Assembly: GCF_009914755.1 (NCBI RefSeq)
Contig: NC_060930.1
Length of the DNA stretch: 64,000 nucleotides
Reading direction: 5' to 3' (one strand)
Source of the DNA: the human T2T-CHM13v2.0 reference genome, Homo sapiens
Positions 31,201 to 64,000 of this stretch are shown piece by piece (the first letter of the stretch is position 1; the number at the start of each line of letters is the position of its first letter). The position numbers and the translations under genes are program-made. The notes beneath the pieces were generated by a model that saw nothing but the letters and a program-made list of their open reading frames with translations, was not told the origin of the DNA and searched no databases.

Positions 31201-34200
31201 CTCTGTCTCCTTCAATTCTTCTCTGATGTTAGTTATTTTTTGTCTTCTGCTAGCTTTTGGATTAGTTTGCTCTTGCCTCTGTAGCTCTTTTAATTGTGAT
31301 GTTAGGGTGTTGATTTGAGATCTTTCTAGCTTTCTGATGCAGGCATTTAGTGCTGTAAATTTCCCTCTTAACACTGCTTTAGCTGTGTCCCAGAGATTCT
31401 GGTATATTACCTTTGTTCTCATTGGTTTCAAATAACTTCTTGATTTTTGCCTTAGTTTCATTATTTACCCAGGAGTCATTCAGGAGCAGGTTGTTCAACT
31501 TCCATGAAATTGTGTGGTACTGAGTGAGCTTCTTAATCCTGAGTTCTAATTTGATTGCGCTGTCGTCTGAAAGACTGTTTGTTATGATTTCAGTTCTTTT
31601 GCATTTGCTGAGGAGTGCTTTACTTCCAATTATATGGTTGATTTTAGAATAAGTGCCATATGGCACTGGAAAGAATGTATATTCTGTTGATTTGGAGTAG
31701 AAAGGTCTGTAGACGTCTACTAGGTCCACTTGATCCAGAGCTGAGTTCCAAGTCCTGAATATCCTTGTTAATTTTCTGTCTCATTGATCTGTCTAATACT
31801 GACAGTGGGGTGTTAAGGTCTCTCACTATCACTGTGTGGGAGTCTAAGTCTCTTTGTAGGTCTCTAAGCATATGTTTTATGAATTTGAGTGCTCCAGTAT
31901 TGGGTACATATATATTCAGAATAGTTAGCTCTTCTTGTTGAATTGTTCCCTTTACCATTACATAGTGCCCTTCTTTTTTGATCTTTGTTGGTTTAAAGTC
32001 TGTTTTGACAGAGACTAGGATTGCAACCCCTGTTTTGTTGTTGTTGTTGTTGTTTCGTTTTTTTGTTTGTTTTTTTTTTTTGCTTTCCATTTGCTTGGTA
32101 AATTTTCCTCCTTCCCTTTATTTTGAGCCTGTGTGTCTTTGCATGTAAGATGGGTCTCCTGAATACAGTACACTGACAGGTGTTGACTCGTTATCCAATT
32201 TGCCTGTCTGTGTCTTTTAATTGGTGGCATTCAGCCCATTTACATTTAAGGTTAGTATTGTTATATGTGAATTTGATCCTGTCATGATGCTATTTGATTA
32301 TTTTGCACACTAGTTGATCCAGTTTCTTCATAGTGTCATTGGTCTTTATATTTTGGTGTGTTTTTGCAGTGGCTGCTACCAGTTTTTCCTTTCCATATTT
32401 AGTGCTTCTTTCAGGAGCTGTTGCAGAGCAGGCCTGGTGGTAACAAAATCCCTCAGCATTTGCTTGTCTGGAAAGGATTTTATTTCTCCTTCGCTTATGA
32501 AGCTTAGTTTGGCTGGATATGAAATTCTGGGTTGAAAATTATTTTCTTTAAGAATGTTGAATATTGACCCTCAATCTCTTCTGGCTTATAGAGTTTCTGT
32601 GAGATGTCCGCTGTTAGTCTGATGGGCTTCCCTTTGTATGTGACCTGGCCTTTCTCTCTGGCTGCCCTTAACAGGTTTTCCTTCATTTTAACTTCAGAGA
32701 ATCTGGCAATTATGTGTCTTGGGGTTGATCTTCTCATGGAGTATCTTAATGGTGTTGTCTGTATTTTCTGAATTTACATGTTGGCCTGTCTTCCTAGGTT
32801 GGGGAAGTTTTCCTAGATAATATCCTGAAGTGTGTTTTCTAGCTTGTTTCCATTCTCCCCATCTCCTTCTGCTACTCCAATCAATCGTAGGTTTGGCCTT
32901 TTTATGAAGTCCCATATTTCTTGGAGGCTTTGTTCATTCCTTTTCATTCTTTTTTCTCTATTCTTGTCTGTATATCTTATTTCAGTAAGGTGGTCTTCAA
33001 ACTCTGATATCCTTTCTTCCACTTGGTCGATTCTGCTGTTGATACTTGTGTATGCTTCACGAAGTTCTCATGCTGTGTTTTTCAGCTCCATCAGGTTGGT
33101 TATGTTCTTCTCTAAGCTGGTTATTCTAGTTAGCAATTGCTCTAACTTTTTATGAAGGTTCTTAGCTTCTTTCCATTGGGTTAGAACATGCTCCATTAGT
33201 TGATCATAATTTTTTTATTACACATCTTCTGAAGTCTACTTCTGTCAATTCATCCCTCTGATCCTCCGTCCAGTTCTGTGCCCTTGATGGAGAGACACTG
33301 TGATCATGTGGAGGAAAAGAGGCACTCTGGCCTTTTGGGTTTTCAGCATTTTTTTCATTGATTCTTTCTTATCTTCATGAGTTTGTCTAGTTTTGGTCTT
33401 TGAGGCTGCTGACCCTTAGATGGGGTTTTTGTGGGGGCCTTTTTTGTTGTTGTTGTTGTCATTTTCTGCTTCTTTGTTTTTCTTTAAATAGGCCCCTTTT
33501 CTGTAGGGCTGCTGCAGTTTGCTGGGGTGAATGGCCCTACTCATCTGATTTGCTCTTATACCTGGAGATGTCACTCAAGGAAGCTGGAAAGCAGCAAAGA
33601 TGGGTGCCTGCTCCTTTTTCTGGGACCTCTGACCTTGAGGGGCACCAGCCTGATGCCAGTAGGATCACTCCTGTATAGGGTATCTGACAACCCCTGTTGG
33701 AGGGTCTCACCCAGTTGGGTGACACAGGGAGCAGGACCCATCTAATGAAGCAATTTGTCCCTTAGTAGAGAGGGTGTGTTTCACTGGGGGGAACCCACTT
33801 GTCTGGGCTGCCTGGATTACTCAGAACTACCAGGAGGAGAGGCTAAGCCTGCTGGTCCACAGAGACTGCAGCCACCCCTCCCACTAGGGTCTCAGGCCCA
33901 GGGAGATCCAAATTCTGTCCCTGAGCCTCTGGCTGGAGTTATTGGAGATCCTGCAGGAAAGCCACTGAGGAAGGATGGGTCAGAGTTAGACCTGAAGAGG
34001 CACTCTGGCCGCAGACTGCCACAGCTGGTGTGTTGGGCTGTGGGGACAAGTCATGGGACCAAGCTGTCCAGCCTGCCTGGCTCCAGCAGGGGAAAAGCGC
34101 AGCCTGGAACTATAGAAATGGGTGCTGCCCTTCCCCTACCCAGGGGGCTTAGCATGTTAGGCAGTTGCAAGTCCCAGTGCTGGCTGCTGCCCCTCCCACA

Positions 34201-34670
34201 AGGAGTTCAAATGGCTTAGACATCAGGCAGCTGCAGCCAGTGCTGGCCACCCTTCCTCATGGGAATTGGGTAAGCTTAAGCAGATTCCAGCTGAGAGGCT
34301 GTACGAATCTGCGCGTTCCAGGGTTGTGATGCTAGCCCCAGTGGCGTGGGTTTGCAAGTGGAATCTTCTGATCTGTGGGTTGCACAGTTCCATGGAAAAA
34401 CAACAGTTTCCCTGGCTGGGTAGCACTCTTACTCACCACCTCCCCTGGCTTGGGGGAAGGGGGTTCCCCTTCCCCATGTGGCTCTCAGGTGGGCTGCCAC
34501 ACCACACTGCTCTTCCTTCTCTGTGTGGGTAATGCCAGCCTTCTAGTCAATTTTGATGAGAGAACCTGGATACCTTGGTTGCTGGTGAAGGATTCACATG
34601 CTTATGCTTTTTTTCCCATAGGAGCCTCCTACATGGTGCTGCTTCTAGTCGGCCGTCTTGGCCCCACCCC
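28243..34670 (-). mobile_element. Full-length (about 6.4 kb) inactivated LINE-1, L1PA8-like
   Basis: 5' start GGGGCCAAGACGGCCGACTAGAAGCAG on the minus strand near 34670. ORF1 fragments at 32504-33022; ORF2 EN/RT/C-terminal fragments at 28372-32230 (e.g. [29 protein letters not shown]). 3'UTR and A-rich tail near 28250. Many frameshifts. Confidence 0.95.
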
Positions 34671-34671
34671 T

Positions 34672-34766
34672 AGTTTTGCATGGCTGGGAGGCCTCAGGAA
34701 ACTTAAAATCATGGCGCAAGGCAAAGGGAAAGCAACGCACCTTCTTCACAAGGCAGCAGGAGGGAG
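34672..34766 (-). mobile_element. MST/THE1-type MaLR LTR fragment
   Basis: catggctgggaggcctcaggaaacttaaaatcatggcgcaaggcaaagggaaagcaacgcaccttcttcacaaggcagcagg. Confidence 0.75.
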
Positions 34767-35135
34767 CTGGAGTGATTTTCTAAGAATAATTCTGGCCAAA
34801 CTTTCATGCACTCCCGCAGCCAAACTCCATTTGGATCTATTCAGGCAGGAATCATATTTCAGCTCCTTAACTCTCATAAGTGGAAACTGACACCAACTCA
34901 TTATAAAACCTAAGTGGAAAAAAAAACCCTTCTCTGCCATTTTTATCTCCTTGTTTATAGATAATTCAACTAATAGGTATTTTTACTTGTCAATATTGAC
35001 ATGGTTGTTTTCAGTTCTGGTTGTAATGATGAAAATCATACTGATTATCACAGGTATTGCTTGCCTCCCACAAGTGCACACCCTGCCTCCCTGCTAGAAG
35101 AGTCCCAATTTGTACACTGGATCCACAATTTTCTC

Positions 35136-35273
35136 CTTTTTTTTTTTTTTTTTTTTAAGAGATGGAGTCTTGCCATGTTGCTCAGGCTGGTCTCAAATTC
35201 CTGGGCTAGAGCAATCCTCCCACCCTGGCCTTCCCATGTGCTGGGATTATAGGAGTGAGCCACTGTGGCTGGC
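35136..35273 (-). mobile_element. FLAM (Alu monomer)
   Basis: Poly-T followed by a reverse-complement left monomer. Confidence 0.85.
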
Positions 35274-36062
35274 AAATAGCCACACTTTTCACATGATCTC
35301 ACGCTTCAGAAAAGGTAGGCTCCAGCCCCAATCTTAAGGAGGGAATTACAACTGGTCTAGTCATAGGAACATGATTAAATTCTGTCAAGCAAAATGAATG
35401 TACGTGGAAGTCTGTGGGGAGAATGGGAAGTTGGAGAGAACCTGGATCCTTGATCAAATCCCTGGGAAATAAAATTTTCCTCATTTCTTTAAACAATTAA
35501 TATGAATTTTCAGTTCTTGCATCTGAAAAAAAGATCCTAGAAGGCTCACAGAGCCTAACAGAGCCTAATAGATTAGTAAATTGACTACACACTTGTAAGC
35601 AGTTTGGCTGGAGCGGGAGGATATTAGGGAATTATGAAATATAATAACATCTTTCTTTCAAACTTGGTAATTCCTTTCAAAACAATGAATACAAAGTATT
35701 AAAATATCATTAGAAATTTCCAAAATCTATCTTAACATCTACTGAATTTGATACTTTACAAGGTTGCATTTTAATTTCCTGTAGCAAATTATCATTTTCT
35801 TAAATCTTACAAAAATGATATTTTCCCTATACTCTACTATAAGAATTTGTATATACATACATATATACACACACAGACACACATGCATACACCTTTTATA
35901 CTACTTTGGCATAATATTATGTTAGTTAATATAACAGTAAGTATAAATATAAAAATCTGGCTTCTACTTTGTTGTTAAAATAATACAATTGAAAGGCCTC
36001 AAATGAGAATAAGAATATAGCAAATCAGAAATATTATGAGGTTTACAAATATGTAAATTTCA

Positions 36063-36068
36063 TTTATT
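36063..36068 (-). terminator. Likely DYNLT2 polyadenylation signal AATAAA
   Basis: tttatt on the plus strand, about 45 nt after the stop codon. Confidence 0.7.
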
Positions 36069-36112
36069 TTTGAAAAGTTCGGAAGTAAACAATCCTTAGT
36101 ACCTGTAATGAG

Positions 36113-47388
<11,276 letters not shown>

Positions 47389-47587
47389 CTCGCTCTGTTC
47401 TCCAAGACGCCCACCGCCTCCCCTTCACCGCCGGCGGTCAAACGCCCTAGCCAGTCCCGCGAGGGCGGAAGTCTCCCACCTGCGCCTCGTACGGTAGGAA
47501 GTGCCCGCCAGGGCTCCAAAGCGCCTGGAGGAGGGGCGCGCAGGCGCCTGCGTCATTCACGCGCGCCGCAGCGGGGCACCGGAAGTT

Positions 47588-63973
<16,386 letters not shown>

Positions 63974-64000
63974 GTAAGTATTAGGTATTTTCCAGGCTAA

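Noticed and set aside
28372-33022. Reverse transcriptase/endonuclease-like ORFs
   Set aside because: These are fragments of a frameshifted L1 ORF1/ORF2, not an independent gene or novel system.
28098-34779. tggagtgatttt on both sides of the L1 as a possible TSD
   Set aside because: Each copy is 100-140 bp away from the L1 ends; likely chance.

Overview
Human (or very close great-ape) genomic DNA, recognisable as the chr6q27 PHF10-DYNLT2(TCTE3)-ERMARD(C6orf70) locus. PHF10, a PBAF subunit, lies on the minus strand with 11 complete coding exons (19831 down to 1047); the last exon begins at position 2 and runs off the window. DYNLT2 lies complete on the minus strand (4 exons, 198 aa, 47388-36113). 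ERMARD is head-to-head with it on the plus strand, with coding exons 1-11 (47588-63973) and the rest beyond the window. I placed every exon by hand from GT-AG junctions, and reading phase is continuous throughout. There are two CpG islands and a typical primate repeat load: about 18 Alu/FLAM copies, a full-length L1PA8-like element, older L1, THE1/MLT1/MER34-type LTRs and Tigger/MER DNA elements. Repeat subfamily names are from recall, not a search. I cannot demonstrate a wholly new biological system from sequence alone. The most notable leads are: (1) a 54-bp non-repeat inverted duplication with templated-insertion scars in ERMARD intron 9; (2) a CGG-repeat PHF10 leader with an in-frame upstream ATG (Ala14/Arg10 extension) that overlaps a mirror ATG on the opposite strand; (3) the HEPN-type RNxxxH motif of ERMARD, on an exon with a weak acceptor; (4) the intron-9 read-through that swaps the PHF10 PHD fingers for a PDSM SUMO motif; and (5) a GC-box minisatellite at the PHF10 promoter.
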